A stretch of DNA of 64,000 nucleotides from Eledone cirrhosa (taxonomy: Eukaryota): NCBI GenBank assembly GCA_964016885.1, contig OZ024740.1, positions 285,758,001 through 285,822,000 of the forward strand, read 5' to 3'. The notes below the pieces were generated by a model. It made no database searches and was not told the origin of the DNA. It saw nothing but the letters and a program-made list of their open reading frames with translations. Within the stretch, counting starts at the first letter, position 1; each line of letters starts with the position of its first letter. Position numbers and translations under genes: made by a program. This document shows, one piece after another, positions 25,663 to 39,117 of the stretch.

Positions 25663-27129
25663 CATATATACACATACACACATTAATCTCAGAGCGTATA
25701 TGTGCACATGTCTATATTTTGATTGGTTACAGTTTGACAAAATGCCACCAAGCTGAATAACTGTAGTGTAATTCTGAATAATAGCTCAGAAGATATTCCT
25801 AGATGAGGATGATTAATAAATCTCCAGAGAGTTAAAAATACTTGAGACAAAGCTTATGTTACTCTACGATAGCTTCTGATCAATTCACTATCACACTTTC
25901 AATACATCTCCCCTGCTATTCATACTGATTTTCTCACTGTATATCTCTCCTGCTATTTATTATATATTGAGTATTTCTTTGTATATCTCCAGCTATTATA
26001 TGTTGATTCTATGTTTCCATTGCTTCTCTACTACAGATGCAGCTTTTCAAAAGTTTTGGGTGCTGCTTGCTGTTCTTTATATCACAAAATTTTCATTTGA
26101 TCCATTCTAAAAGGAAGTTTGCTGTTATTTTGTGTGAGCGCGTACGCGCGCGCACACACACACACAATCGTTAAACATTGTTTTCCCATGTGTGTGTGAG
26201 TGTCCGTTTATTTTTTCTTATAAAGTACTATTACTATAGTTGTTGCTTGGTAACAAACAGGTCTCTCGCCCCCTTTCTTCCTCTCTTTTTTTCTCTCTCT
26301 ATCTATTGCTTTCTCTCTCTCTTCTAGATGTTATGGAGTCATTGACCTATATATTGGTTTGCTTTGACAGTTCAGCTGGCTTTCTTGCATTGTCTTTTGA
26401 ATAACCAGTTGCTTTTGTTGTGTAGTCCATTGAAGAAGAGCGTTTGGACAAAGCCAAAGCTTATTAATCTTTAAAGAGAGGGAGAAAGAAGGACAAGGGA
26501 GAATAATAAGGTAAACAAATAGAACGGGGGAGGGGATAGGAAGAATGAGCTGCAACAGAGAAATACTAGTAAAACCAGGTATGTGTGTGTGTGTGGTCCT
26601 TTGCAGGCATGCATGTATTCAAAGGAAGTACCAGTTGCTTTTTGGTATGTGTCCATTGAAAGGATCTAGAACCAAAGCTAATCTTTAAAGACAGACGAGG
26701 TGGGTAGTGTGTGTAAATGAACCACGAAGGATAATTAAAAGGAAAACAAATGCAGGAGAGAGAGAGATATGCAATATATATATATATAATACAGAAGACC
26801 CCCCCCCCCCCCCACGGGTACAAGCCGAATCTGAAGCATATAGACAATATGCCCCCCCCCACCCTCCCACTGCAAAGTGGTCGTGGAGGTGCCACGGCAA
26901 AAAAGCACCCAGCCCACACTGTAAAGTGGACGAGTAGGCGCCACAGAAAAAAAGCACCCAGCACTCACTGTAAATGAGGTTGGTGTTAGGAAGGGCATCC
27001 AGCTGTAGAAATCAAACCAGAATCAGTTCCCGTATGAGCAAGGTATGGTCAGCCGACCGGCTACTGCCCACAACAGGACAACCCGTCTAACCCATGCTAG
27101 CGTGGAAGAACGGACGTAAAACGGTGATG

Positions 27130-27173
<44 letters not shown>

Positions 27174-27584
27174 GTAATTCCGTCGGAAAAGTCCAGGAAA
27201 AAAGAATGCTCTATGTAGGTAACAGAGCTTAATATATATATATATAGAGAGAGCTCTCTCTCTCTCTCTCTCTCTCTCTAGAGAGAGAGATAAGTAAAAT
27301 GAGGAAGGGATGTATGTACGTATGTATACGCACGTACAGTTGATATATAAAGACTGCAAAGGAAGTACCAGTTGTTTTCGTTCTTTGTAAATGAAGTGAG
27401 AAACTATGAATATTTAAAATGGAAATAAGGTTAGAGAGAAAGTCTAGGGATGATTAAGAAGAAAACATAAACCGAGAGAGGGGGAAATATGTAGTAGAAA
27501 AATGGAGGGGACAGGATGAACTGCAACATAGATGGTAGTCAAATCAAGACGGTGTATGTGCAGGCATGCATGCAGATATGGTCT

Positions 27585-27885
27585 CAGCATGGCCAAATAG
27601 TTAAAATGTTCATTTTGCAATCATTAGGTGTCGGGTTCGATCCGACTTCGAATCATCTTGGGTACGTGTCATTTGCCACAGCCCCGTGTGAGTGAAATTG
27701 GTAGTTCATTAGATGAACTGTACCTGTAATTCAAAGGACCAGCCTTTTCACGCTGATATTAGGAATTACATTAAAGGTATATGTGTCAGAGAGATGCTCA
27801 GCCACGTATACGTAAATTTCATGAACACACTGTTCCGTTGATTGAACAACTGGAATACTCATCGTCGAAACCGACAAGCGTCCAT
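27585..27885 (+). mobile_element. CORE-type tRNA SINE (related copies ~1300-1550, ~10345-10620, ~23500-23800, ~31520-31760 +; ~20140-20440, ~29295-29560 -)
   Basis: B-box GGGTTCGATCC, CTTGGG..GTGTC core and shared 3' TTGAACAACTGGAATACTCATCGTCGAAACCGA. Confidence 0.7.
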
Positions 27886-28730
27886 TCCTTCCACTGCATG
27901 TATGTATGTGTGTTTGTATACTGTTGATATCGAGAGAGACTGTAAAGGAATTAGGGCTGGAATGTGGAAGTGCAATAGCATCAATAGAGATAACAGAAAT
28001 ATATAGGCTGCTATAGAAAATACTGGAATGCACAGACATCAATGATAACAGGTGCAGTGTGTGTATGTATGTGGTAGGGGAATGTTAATAAGGAAGAAGA
28101 GAAAAATAGAAAGAAAAAATATCAATAGAAAGAATGAGATAAAAGAGAGCCATAAATATTTTCAAAGGAGTAATAGTGAACATGTATAAACCAATAACTA
28201 ATAGAAAGAGAAAGAAAGGAAGGTAGGATACAAATACAAATAGGAGTAGAAAGGAACGCTAGGATATGGTAGATTATCAAATATAATACAGATAGATGCG
28301 TCAGAAAGGAGGAAGTGGAAGGATATACGTATGTAGTTATGGTAGTACTTGAAACATGAGGGAGGTTAGTGTCGGATTAGATTACTACGGAGTCTATAGA
28401 AACCCAATTTTTATTTTAGAAATGAGACATAAAGGTTAAAGGCAGTGTAGTTCAACAGAACGGGAACTTAGCGCACAGCTCCCGAAAATGCAGGGCCTGT
28501 AGCAAATGCTACCCTTGTTAGTAGGTTAATCCAACATTGACTAGGGCTGTCTTAACGCATGGTCGGGCTTCTAGGTTTATTAGGTATTTTTAGTACATCT
28601 GTACAGAAAAAAAACAAACTGATATGTCTCTAGTCCATGTGGGGCCCTTAGGGCTTCAGCCTAGTTAACCTTGTGAGAAATGCGGCTGGGGATGGGGGGG
28701 GGGGTAAAGAAGATGGACGTCGGGGAGAGA

Positions 28731-29258
28731 GGCATAGGTTAAGTTTAACGTCCGAGAAAATGAAAGTAGATTTTCTGACAAGTGAATGTTTTTTTGTTTT
28801 TTTTTTACAATGGCAGTTACGATACAGTTTGTTTATTTACAACAGGTCTCTATAGTGATATGGTGTTAATTAGTATTGCGTGTGTGATTATTTTTTCTTT
28901 TTCTTTTTTTGTGTATTGTGTGTACGGAAAATGACATTGTGTGTTGAAAGAAATAAATTTTTTTAAATAACTACATAGTTAGACGTTTGTTGCATATAAC
29001 ATAAATTGACGTACCTTATCAACATCCTTATTTCTTTCAACACACAATGTCATTTTCCGTACACACAATACACAAAAAAAGAAAAAGAAAAAATAATCAC
29101 ACACGCAATACTAATTAACACCATATCACTATAGAGACCTGTTGTAAATAAACAAACTGTATCGTAACTGTCATTGTAAAAAAAAAAAAAAAAAAAAACA
29201 CATTCACTTGTCAGAAAATCTACTTTCATTATCTTGAACGTTAAACTTAACCTATGCC
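28731..29258. mobile_element. Mutator-like (MULE) foldback MITE, 528 bp
   Basis: Arms 28731-28956 and 29028-29258 are near-perfect inverted repeats starting GGCATAGGTTAAGTTTAACG; 9-bp TSD GGGGAGAGA at 28722-28730 and 29259-29267. Confidence 0.9.
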
Positions 29259-30389
29259 GGGGAGAGATATGTGTGTGTGTGTGTGTGTGTTGGGCCTCCG
29301 TCGGTTTTGACGATAAGTGTTCACGTTGTTCGACTAACGGAGCAGCCGGCCCTTGAAATTTATGTGCAAGTGATTGAACATTCCGCAAACACGTGTTCTC
29401 TTAACGTGGTTCTCAGAGATTCAACGTAATGTTTTGTATGCTCACAGGCACAACTCGTTTTTTATAGCCGAGTGGTATGTAGCAAGTGTCTTGCCCAAGA
29501 ACACAATCCGCGCCTGGAATCGAAGTCATGATCTTACGATCGTGAGACGAAGCGCTGACATGCGCCTTCACAATAGTGAACGTGTATCAACTCGTTTATG
29601 CATAAGAAGAATTACTATGTAAAAAGTACATGCGTAGACGTGGTTGTGTGGTTACAGTGTTTACGTCACAACCTCGTGGTTTGGAGGTCAGATCCACTGC
29701 ATGGCACCTTACAAGCTATCTACTATAGCCTCATTTTTGCCCATGCCTTGTGAGTAGAATTTGGTGGACGGAAACTGATAAACAGGCGAAACTCCAGAGT
29801 AACAAGGCTCAAACTCTCTATCTCTCTCTCTCTCTATGGCTTTATGATAGATCTATGAGGGAATTGGAGCTAAAACACCAATACCTCAGAGTATATGTGT
29901 GTGTGTATATATATATATATAAATGAAAGGTATAGAAAATATTGTAGCAAAAAGCCAACAGTATTCCATATATATATATATTTTTTTTCTTTATACTTTC
30001 ACTCCTGTAGGACACCTCGGTTATTTTTCATTTTGTAAAAAAAAACTCACTTTCTAATATATATATATATATATATTCATTTTGGATTCACAATCATGAG
30101 GTTGTGTGTTCGATTCTCAGACCGGACGATGCGTTGTATCCTTGAGCAAGACACTTTATTGCAGATTGCTCCAGTTCATTCAGCTGTAGAAATGAGTCGT
30201 AACGTCACAGGTACCAAGCTGCATCGGCCTTTGCTTTTTCCTAGGACAACATCGGTGGCGTGAGAGGGGAGACTGGAATGCATGGGAGATTGGTCTTCCA
30301 CAAAAACTACCCACTCTGCATATCTCCATGCAATGAGTGCTCCTACGGTTAGTGGTTTCACCACCCCTCTCTCTCTCTATATATATATA

Positions 30390-31348
30390 TATAATTGTTT
30401 CTACGTTAGGCACAAGGCAAACAATTATTCAGTGCATTACTGGTACTTTATTTTATCGACCCCGTAAGGATGAAAGGCAAAGTTAACCTTGGCGGGATTT
30501 GAACTCAGAATGGCAAGAGCCGTAACTCTATACACCAAAGCATGGCGTCCGACCCTCTACCAATACTGCCAATCCACAATGATTTATTTATATTCATACA
30601 CGGAACAAAAGCCCTACTTAAGGTTTCAAGGTCCAATTATGATCACCTCCCCCAGATTGTAAGAGAGATCAAATGTGTGTTTGTTTATGTCACGTAATTT
30701 AGCGGTTTGACACAAGTGGTCCGTAAAATAAGTACCAAACTTGGAATTAGATAGTAACTGGAGTCGATATGATCGGCTAATTCCCTTCCAGACTGTGTAC
30801 TAGAGTTAGCATTAGAGTTATAAAAGTAAAGAGATAGGGCGAAAGAGAGATTGCTCGATTGGTGCATAATAATTGTTTCTACTTTAGACACAAGGTCAGC
30901 AAGTACCCAGTACATTACTGGTACTTTATTTTATCGACCCCGTAAGGATGAAAAGCAAAGTTAACCTGGGCGGGATTTGAACTCAGACTGTAAAGGGACG
31001 TAACTATGCTAGAAAGCATGGCGTCCAACTCTCTACCGATACTGTCTAGTATAGGCACAAGGCCAGTAATTTTTTTTTTGGGGGGGGGGGGGGTCGATTA
31101 AATCGACTCCAGTACGTTACTGGTACTTTATTTTATCGACCACGTAAGCATGAAAGGCAAAGTTAACCTCGGCGGGATTTGAACTCTGCATGGTGTCCGA
31201 CCCTATACCGATATTGCCAACCCAGTAAAGAGATAGGGCGAAAGAGAGATTGCTTGATTGGTACATAATAATTGTCTCTACTTTTGGCACAAGGCCAGCA
31301 ATTATATCAGTACATTACTGGTACTTTATTTTATCGACCCCGTAAGGC
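30390..31348 (-). mobile_element. Cluster of four family A SINE copies (~30390-30577, 30868-31045, 31050-31222, 31267-31348)
   Basis: Repeated CATTACTGGTACTTTATTTTATCGACC core. Confidence 0.85.
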
Positions 31349-32145
31349 ACGGTTATCCTCGGCGGGATATAATAATATAGATCCAACTGGGCCAGAGAGT
31401 TGGAACCATAACAATGACAAAAACTCATAAACAATACAGGGAGGATTAACGGCAGGCTGAGGAAGATGTGTTAATGGAATTGAAAATTCTAGGGTAGTGG
31501 TAGATCGTAAGGTCGTGACTTCCATTCTAGGTGGCGCGGTGTGTTCTTGAGCAAGACTCTTACTCTTTATTTCACGTTGCTCCCGTCCACTCAGCTGGCT
31601 AAAATGTGTTATACCTGTGAATCAAAGGGCCAGTTGTGTCGCACACTATCTCACCAAGCATTATGTTAAGAGTGCACGTGTCTGTGAAATACTCGGCCAT
31701 TTGTACGATGTTCAATCGTTCGAACTGTAGCATTCGTCATCGGAACCAACGGAGGTCCAAAGCACAGGTTCTCTCTTAATTTGGGGTCTGTGAGCAAAGT
31801 TCACAAATTCAAGTACTTTCATAAAAACATAATATACACACCCTGTTCAATACCTATTCTTCTTTGAATATAAATTTTCCTCTTTCTATTGTTCTTACTG
31901 TATAGCAATCTGGGAGGGGGTTATTGTAGTAGGGTGGTTCGTGGGAAAACTTTATTAATAAAAGGAATTCTTGGTAATGAAAAGATCGCGGATACACACC
32001 AATATATATATACCCCATTCTCACCAAGCGTGAAGCTAATAACACTATATACCATTGACTCCTGCGTTTGTTTGTTTGTCATTTTCAACTCTTTCTCTCT
32101 CTTTCTACACCTACACCTACACCTACACACACACACACACACACA

Positions 32146-32190
<45 letters not shown>

Positions 32191-32459
32191 CTCTCTCTCG
32201 TATGTGTGTTTCACTTGAATGAATTGTTTAAGACTGTATCGAGTAATATTCAGTTTTTGCTGTTATTTTCTAAGGTTCCTTATAAAAACATCCAGTATAT
32301 ATTTGTATATTTTTCCATATATAACGTGTGTGTGTGTGTAACCTGGAAAGCATGGCATGCATTCCAATCGCCATGACGGAAAGTGGGGATGTGCAGCCTC
32401 CCCCCCGCCCCCATTCCCTCTAAATGACCCTCCTGGTTAAAGCCGCATGTAGTGTTATC

Positions 32460-32602
32460 TAGTGTGTGTGTTTGTATCTTTTTATGTGTCTACGATTTAG
32501 TAAGCAGTCAAAATTCTGCTTGCCCCAAAGATGTCGTGTGTTTGTGTGTGTTATCTTTTTATGTGTCTATACGTTTTAGTAAGCAGCCAAAATTCTGCTT
32601 GC
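32460..32602. repeat. Two-copy tandem duplication (~75-80 bp)
   Basis: TATCTTTTTATGTGTCTA..TTTAGTAAGCAG.CAAAATTCTGCTTGC occurs twice. Confidence 0.75.
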
Positions 32603-32686
32603 TTCATCCGACGCAATTGATCAATTCAAGAGTCTATAACGCATGCAGTGCATACGTTGCATGCACGGACCCTTCGCTCCTGATAT

Positions 32687-32718
<32 letters not shown>

Positions 32719-33648
32719 TTATATATACACACACATATATATATACTTGTATGTATGTATGTATGTATGTGTGTGGGGTGGGGTATATATATATATATAT
32801 ATATATATACTTGTATGTATATATATATATATATATTTGTATCTATGTGTGTCTGTGAATACACTACACACATGCATACGTATATATTTTTTATTTGTGT
32901 TTATGTGAATATACGTATATTTTTGTATCGATCTATATATTTTAAAATGTTTTTTATATCTCAGTTTATTTGTTTGCGTATGTATAATCAGAAGTGCAAG
33001 GAGAGATTTAAGAGATCAGCGTGTAGATACAGCATATGGCTATAATTTGTTTGTATGTATTCCTTTCCATCCATTTTAAAAATTGACTTCACATTTTACC
33101 ATAGGCTTTACGCGCCTAAATTATATTAAATGCACATGAAAACTTTCTATCTATCTAGTGTCATTTATTTTCCACTTTATTTTTTTTTTAAATAAACAAA
33201 TGTTTTTGAAATGCATTTAAACATTGGTAGAAGACTTTTGGCAATAAATAATATAAGAATTTTTCTTATTGTCGTTTGCACTTAGTGAACTATTGAAGTA
33301 CACTCTTAAGATGACGTTTGATCATAGGCAAAGCAATATTAGACAAATGCTAATATACAATATTGTTGACTCTTGTGCTTTACTATAACCTTTAGAAACA
33401 ATGTTTGTAATGAAAGGATGCGTGTGTTTAATTGTAAATAGTGGTTCGACAAAACGAAATCGATAAAATAAATACCAGACTTGAAAAATAGTAGTACTAC
33501 TGTCTATATCAACAACTAAATCCTTTTAAGGTGGTGCCCCAGCATAGCCATAGTCTAATTGAAACCAATAAAAGAATAAATATAATATTAAAGAATAAAA
33601 TAATATATATTAAAAATCCCCTCAAATGTGAAAATTGATTGCTCATAT

Positions 33649-33679
<31 letters not shown>

Positions 33680-33905
33680 TTTGCATTCCTCTGCGTATAC
33701 GAGCTTACATGTGTGTTGTATTCCTCTACGCTCACTTGTATGCATGCTTACGCACGTGTGTTTGTTGCATTCCTCTACGTGCAACTTGTATGCATGCTTT
33801 CGTGTGTGTGTGTGCTGCTGCATTCCTCTACGTGCAACTTGTATGCATGCTTACGTGCGTGTGTCTGGTGCATTCCTCTATTTGCACTTGTATGCATGCT
33901 TACAT
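33680..33905. repeat. ~50-bp minisatellite, ~5 copies
   Basis: GCATTCCTCTACGTGCAACTTGTATGCATGCTTAC followed by a (GT)n-like linker. Confidence 0.85.
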
Positions 33906-34041
33906 GATGCATCCTTTACATGACTCATAACATTGATGTTTGTGGTTTTTCAGTTAATATGGCTCAGATTATGTGTACTATTCTCCTTATTTTCATACAC
34001 TTATTTATTTATTTATTTTCTCGTCTATTTATGTAGCATTA

Positions 34042-34099
<58 letters not shown>

Positions 34100-34285
34100 C
34101 ATTTTTATATCTAATTGTTTATGTAAAGTTGTGTTGTTAAATTAAAATATATCTTCATATTTGCTCTCTTTTTCTCGGTTTTGGTCTTGTAGCTTTCATA
34201 GCTATCTATATTTATTTATGCAAACAGGTGGTGGAATGCATTTCTCTCTGTGTGTGTACTTGCAGGCAAATGTACGTACGTACGT

Positions 34286-34361
<76 letters not shown>

Positions 34362-34369
34362 ATTATTGT

Positions 34370-36480
34370 TAGGCAGTGCACCAGATGTGATTTTAGCAAG
34401 AATCGTCCTCAACCATTTCTTTGATTTAAAGCATGAAGGTTGCGTTGTCAGAGCCAAGACACGTGCACTAAAGCATGAGGGAATGAAAACTGTTCATTGA
34501 GCATGGGTAGTGGAAGCACAGCGGGGAAACAAAGCAATAATACAATCCTTGATAGATCATAATGGATGCATAGTACTCAGTTCTGAGCAGATATGTACAG
34601 CTTTTCAACTGCAGTATTTCACTCAGCTGTTGAGAGCTGGTAGCGGGTTAGTGACAGTAGTGAACTTCAATGCATACATCGTTGACCTGCTGTGATTCTT
34701 AGTGGAAGAGGCAAGGTGTTACAATAGCCGAATAACATCTGTCGAGAAACAAGAGGTGGCGGACTGCTGCTCAAAATGCATGTCGTCTGGTTAGGGTAAT
34801 CTTCCTCATGAAATTCATGAGTCCATGGTAGATTTGTTTGCTGACCTCTTAGATGTTTTCTGCAACTGGCAGCAGAATGGAAGAATTCCCAGTTCTGTGA
34901 GAACACTGCTGATAAAGGACATCAATATGAGGGATATGTTACATCATTTCCTTCTCATAATTCTGTTAAATGCAGAGTTTAAGATTTTGGCCCAGGTGTT
35001 AGCAAAGAGGATGGTTCTTGTCATTTGTGGTTTGGTCGGAGAATTGCAGACGTGTCTGATCCCAACCAAGTCCATCCACTACAACTCACCACTTCTGTAT
35101 ATGTTCATGCTTGAGCCACAACTGTTGAAGTTGGAGGTGTTGAACAGGATCTTGCTTGAACCAGAAAGACAGACAGGGGAAGCTGTGTCAATATATGCAT
35201 ATGATACTACCATTAAGATGTTGAATATTGTGGAAATGGTTAGAACCTTTTAAATTGATTATCAATCTGTGATGGGAGCAAAGATCAACCTAAAAAATCT
35301 GTGGGCTTGGAGCTAGACTACTAGAGAAGCAGACTCATGCAATGAAACAGTGTCATGGGACACTGGATCAATGGATCAGTCAAACTACTTGAGACCTAAT
35401 TTAGCCCAGACCTTCTGGTGGGTTGGAACTGGGATGAGGTGAGGAGTAGGGTGACAAGTCTCACCCAGAAATGGAATGGGCAGAGGTGGCAAATGCTTAC
35501 ATCGCCTTGGTCATTCTTCAACACCTGACTGTCGTACCCTGCCCCAGCCCTTATCTGACCAGATTAAAGCATATGTTCTTCCACATTTTGTGGAGGGTAC
35601 ATGTTGCATTGATCAAACAGTCCTCCATCTACTGCCTAAATCCTTCATAAGAGAGATTCAACATTCTGTGGCTGCTGATGTGCTGACATTTGCAGAGATC
35701 CTTAGATAGTGAATGTGTGGGGTCTCCATTTATGAGACATTATTCAACAACTCATCTCCTTGATTGAGTTGTAGTCCTAGGTCAAACAAAGACCAGGACT
35801 GGGCGCCCTACACATATTGGGCACTACGATCACTAGGAATTCTCCTCAGCAATCTATAGAGGACTAGGAGCAGGGAAGAATGACAATGCTTTTGGGGAAG
35901 AACCAGGTATCAATGAAGATGAACTGTCATGTCTGTTTGAGGATCACTATGGATAACTCCAGAAATCCTTGGCCTGGCAGTGCTACCAGAGAGTGGACTG
36001 GGGTGGACTGCCAGTTTGAGATAAACTCTGCAGACACAACATATATATTGTCAGGCAGACCAGTTCAGAATGTATGGAGAGCAATAAAACCACTCAATAT
36101 GCACTCGTTCTGAGCCTGTACATTATTGATAATACTCCTGGAGATATGTTAAACAGTTGCTGTTGTGTGTGTAGGGTGAATCTGCTTACTAACCGAGTCC
36201 ACCCTCTTTCAACAGTGAAGAGCAAACAGTTTTTCTCTGCCTAGTGGCAATGGTGAAAAAAGTCATATGGTGGATGAAGTGAAAACTAAGGACAGACACT
36301 TTCCTCTTTGGTCAAGCTCCGATCAATTTTTTCAAGTTCCACCTGAAAAGTAAAATTAGGGTGTGTGTTGGGGGAGTATTCTCCTTCAGTTATTTCTTCA
36401 AAAGGTGGGTGTAGGTAGCGAAAATGGAGTTTGGTGAGGGTAGATGCAGCTGATAGGGCAAAATGGAGAAGCTTATCACG
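34370..36480 (+). mobile_element. Heavily decayed Tx1/L1-like LINE ORF2
   Basis: Broken frames give GCVVRAKTRALKHEG, ILLNAEFKILAQVLAKR (RT N-terminal motif), QTCLIPTKSIHYN and SIYAYDTT (YADD-like). Confidence 0.7.
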
Positions 36481-38007
36481 GGACAAGCAAGGTAAACCCC
36501 TGCTTTAGCAAAGGAAATTGCTTTAAATAACTCTTGAGGGATTCATCAAAATTATTAATTATTTTATTACTAAGATAATAACTTAACATATAGTTCTTAT
36601 ATAAAACTGTGGAAAATTTAAATTTAAATAGGAACCCTTTAAAATGAATAGTTTTGTTTCATGGAATAAGAGCCAGTTTTGGTCAGAGGGTATCAAGAGA
36701 GTTAAGAAAAGCTGCCATTTTTTATAAGTGTAGGTATCTCAGACTTAAAATACAGGGTTATATTTAGTTTTTTCTTGTTACATCACAGCTGCTAATCCAG
36801 CAATGGAATTAAGAGGCCAAGAATTTTTGTAAAATGAAGTGTTAAATATATTAAGTCTGTTCTAAGAATAGAACAAACAGTATAAGGTTGGTTGAGCAAA
36901 TGACATGTCCATGTAGTATTTGTTAGTCCGAGATTAACTGGTATAGGAACTTGTAGACGCAGTATAGCCAATGATTTTAAAGGGTTTTTGCTCAGCTTGA
37001 AAGTAATTTGGATGGTAGATTTAATTTCTTTAGTGGTTGATTTAATCATGGGTAGTCACTAGATTTAATCTGTTGTTTCCTGGTTTAACAACACCACCTG
37101 GCATTTTGGGGCCTTTAGTAGAGTACACTTGGTTGTAAGTATTGAATGAAAATAAAATTTACAGCTCATACATATGCTGGTTTAGCTGGCCTCCTGTGAG
37201 GTCACATCACTTAGGAAATTTCTTGGGTGTTTTAATGATAGGAACCCTAGTCCTATCATGAAAAACAACATAATATGAAGCATCTTCCTCAAAAACACGT
37301 TGCTTAGTTAAGGAATCGAATCCATGACATTATGATCATGAACCGAACACTCTAACCATCAAGCCACATGCTATCACTGTTGTAAGCATTCTGGCCAGAT
37401 CTCCACTTTGAAGGTGTCTTCCTCCTACTCTCTACTAGTATCAGGGGACCCAATAAAGATTCCTTTCCTCATGCTGTTGTTTGTGTACTTTATGAACTGT
37501 TGTTGGATCTTTATTAGTACTGATGATGAGTGTTCCAATTGGTCAGCCTGAGATTGATGTTTTAAGGGTGTTTGAATCACTACTTCTGTACAGACAACTG
37601 ACGCTGCACACCAGGTCCGAACACAGAAGATCCGAACTCCCACTGTCATCACCTCCATCTCTCTTGCTCTCCCCATCTCTCTGTATTGTGAGCAAATGAG
37701 ATTCCACGTGCTGGCCGCTCCACGGTCCCGGCAGACAGAATGGAAAGGGTGTTTCCCCGGAGGATGATAAGGGAGAATTGTGTGAACAACAGAACGGATA
37801 AACTCCATCCTGATGAACTTCTGAGCTTGGGACATACTTTAACCAGATTTTGTTACTTTTAAATTATATATTTTAAACAAAAATTCCATCATTCAAACGA
37901 TACGGAAAATATAAACGTTTTTTATTTTTATTTTTCTGAAACCAGTGTTTAATGCTAATCAGGGCAACATCTATATCATATATCTCTATTTTTACAACAT
38001 TATAATC

Positions 38008-38137
38008 CTCCCTTTACGATCTGAGTTCAAATCCCGCCGAGGTTGACTTTACCTTTCATCCTTACGGGGTCGATAAAATAAAGTACCAGTAATGCACTGG
38101 GTATTTGCTGGCCTTGTGCCTAAAGTAGAAACAATTA
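38008..38137 (+). mobile_element. Family A SINE, 5'-truncated
   Basis: B-box, core and tail present. Confidence 0.85.
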
Positions 38138-39007
38138 TAATCCCAGTGTATTAATTAATAGACGATATATTTGTGAAACCAATATCTTGCTGGGCTTGTA
38201 CTTAGTGTCTTTTTGCTTAACAGACTGGTGTGAGTGGTGTGTATTTATGTATTTATATCATCATCATCATTTCATTTTACGTCTGCTTTTTCCCTGCTTG
38301 CAAGGGTGGGACGAGAACTGATTCTGGCTTCATTTCTACAGCTGGATGCCCTTCCTAACACCAACCTCATTTACAGTTAGTGCTGGGTGCTTTTTTGCCG
38401 TGGCGCCTACACGACCACTTTGCAGTGGAATGATATGGACCCCAGTCCCTATCATCTCATTTCTACAGCTGAGAAAACTGGAGCAATGTGAAATAAAGTG
38501 TCTTGCTCAAGGAAACAACACATCACCTGGTCTGAGAACTGAACTCACAACCTTTCGATTGCAAGGCCAATGCTCTAACCACTAAGCCATGGGCCTCCAT
38601 ATATGTGTTTGGGAATCTATGCACGCCTGTGCACACACACATATATATATATATCTGTGTGTGCTAATTTGTATGTGTACAATGTATGTACGCAACACTT
38701 ATCCATCACCACCATCATCATCATCATCATCATTAACAACAACAATGGAAAAAATGTGGAAATTAGACTTGGAAGTAGGTAGTATCTGTTTGTCAAGTAT
38801 ATCAGTGAGCGATTGAGTGAGCAGGTGGTTTTCTGTATGTAACATTGTCAATATACTGTTTATTGACAAGTCTTGTTAATACTTTCATGCTTTCTGCTGG
38901 AATAGAGAAGATTTCCAGTCAGCCAGTTAGTTGTCTGAGGAAACTGGAGATTAGCTGTTTTAATTACATGTGTGTGTGTGTGTACACACACACACACACA
39001 TATATTC

Positions 39008-39041
<34 letters not shown>

Positions 39042-39117
39042 CCGGGTTGAGTTGAAGGTAACCACAGTAAGTAAGGTACTCAATACATAGCAGAGTATAA
39101 AAGTTTTAATATAGAAG

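Noticed and set aside
33680-33905. Second CRISPR-like array
   Set aside because: Degenerate minisatellite with GT-rich linkers rather than unique spacers.
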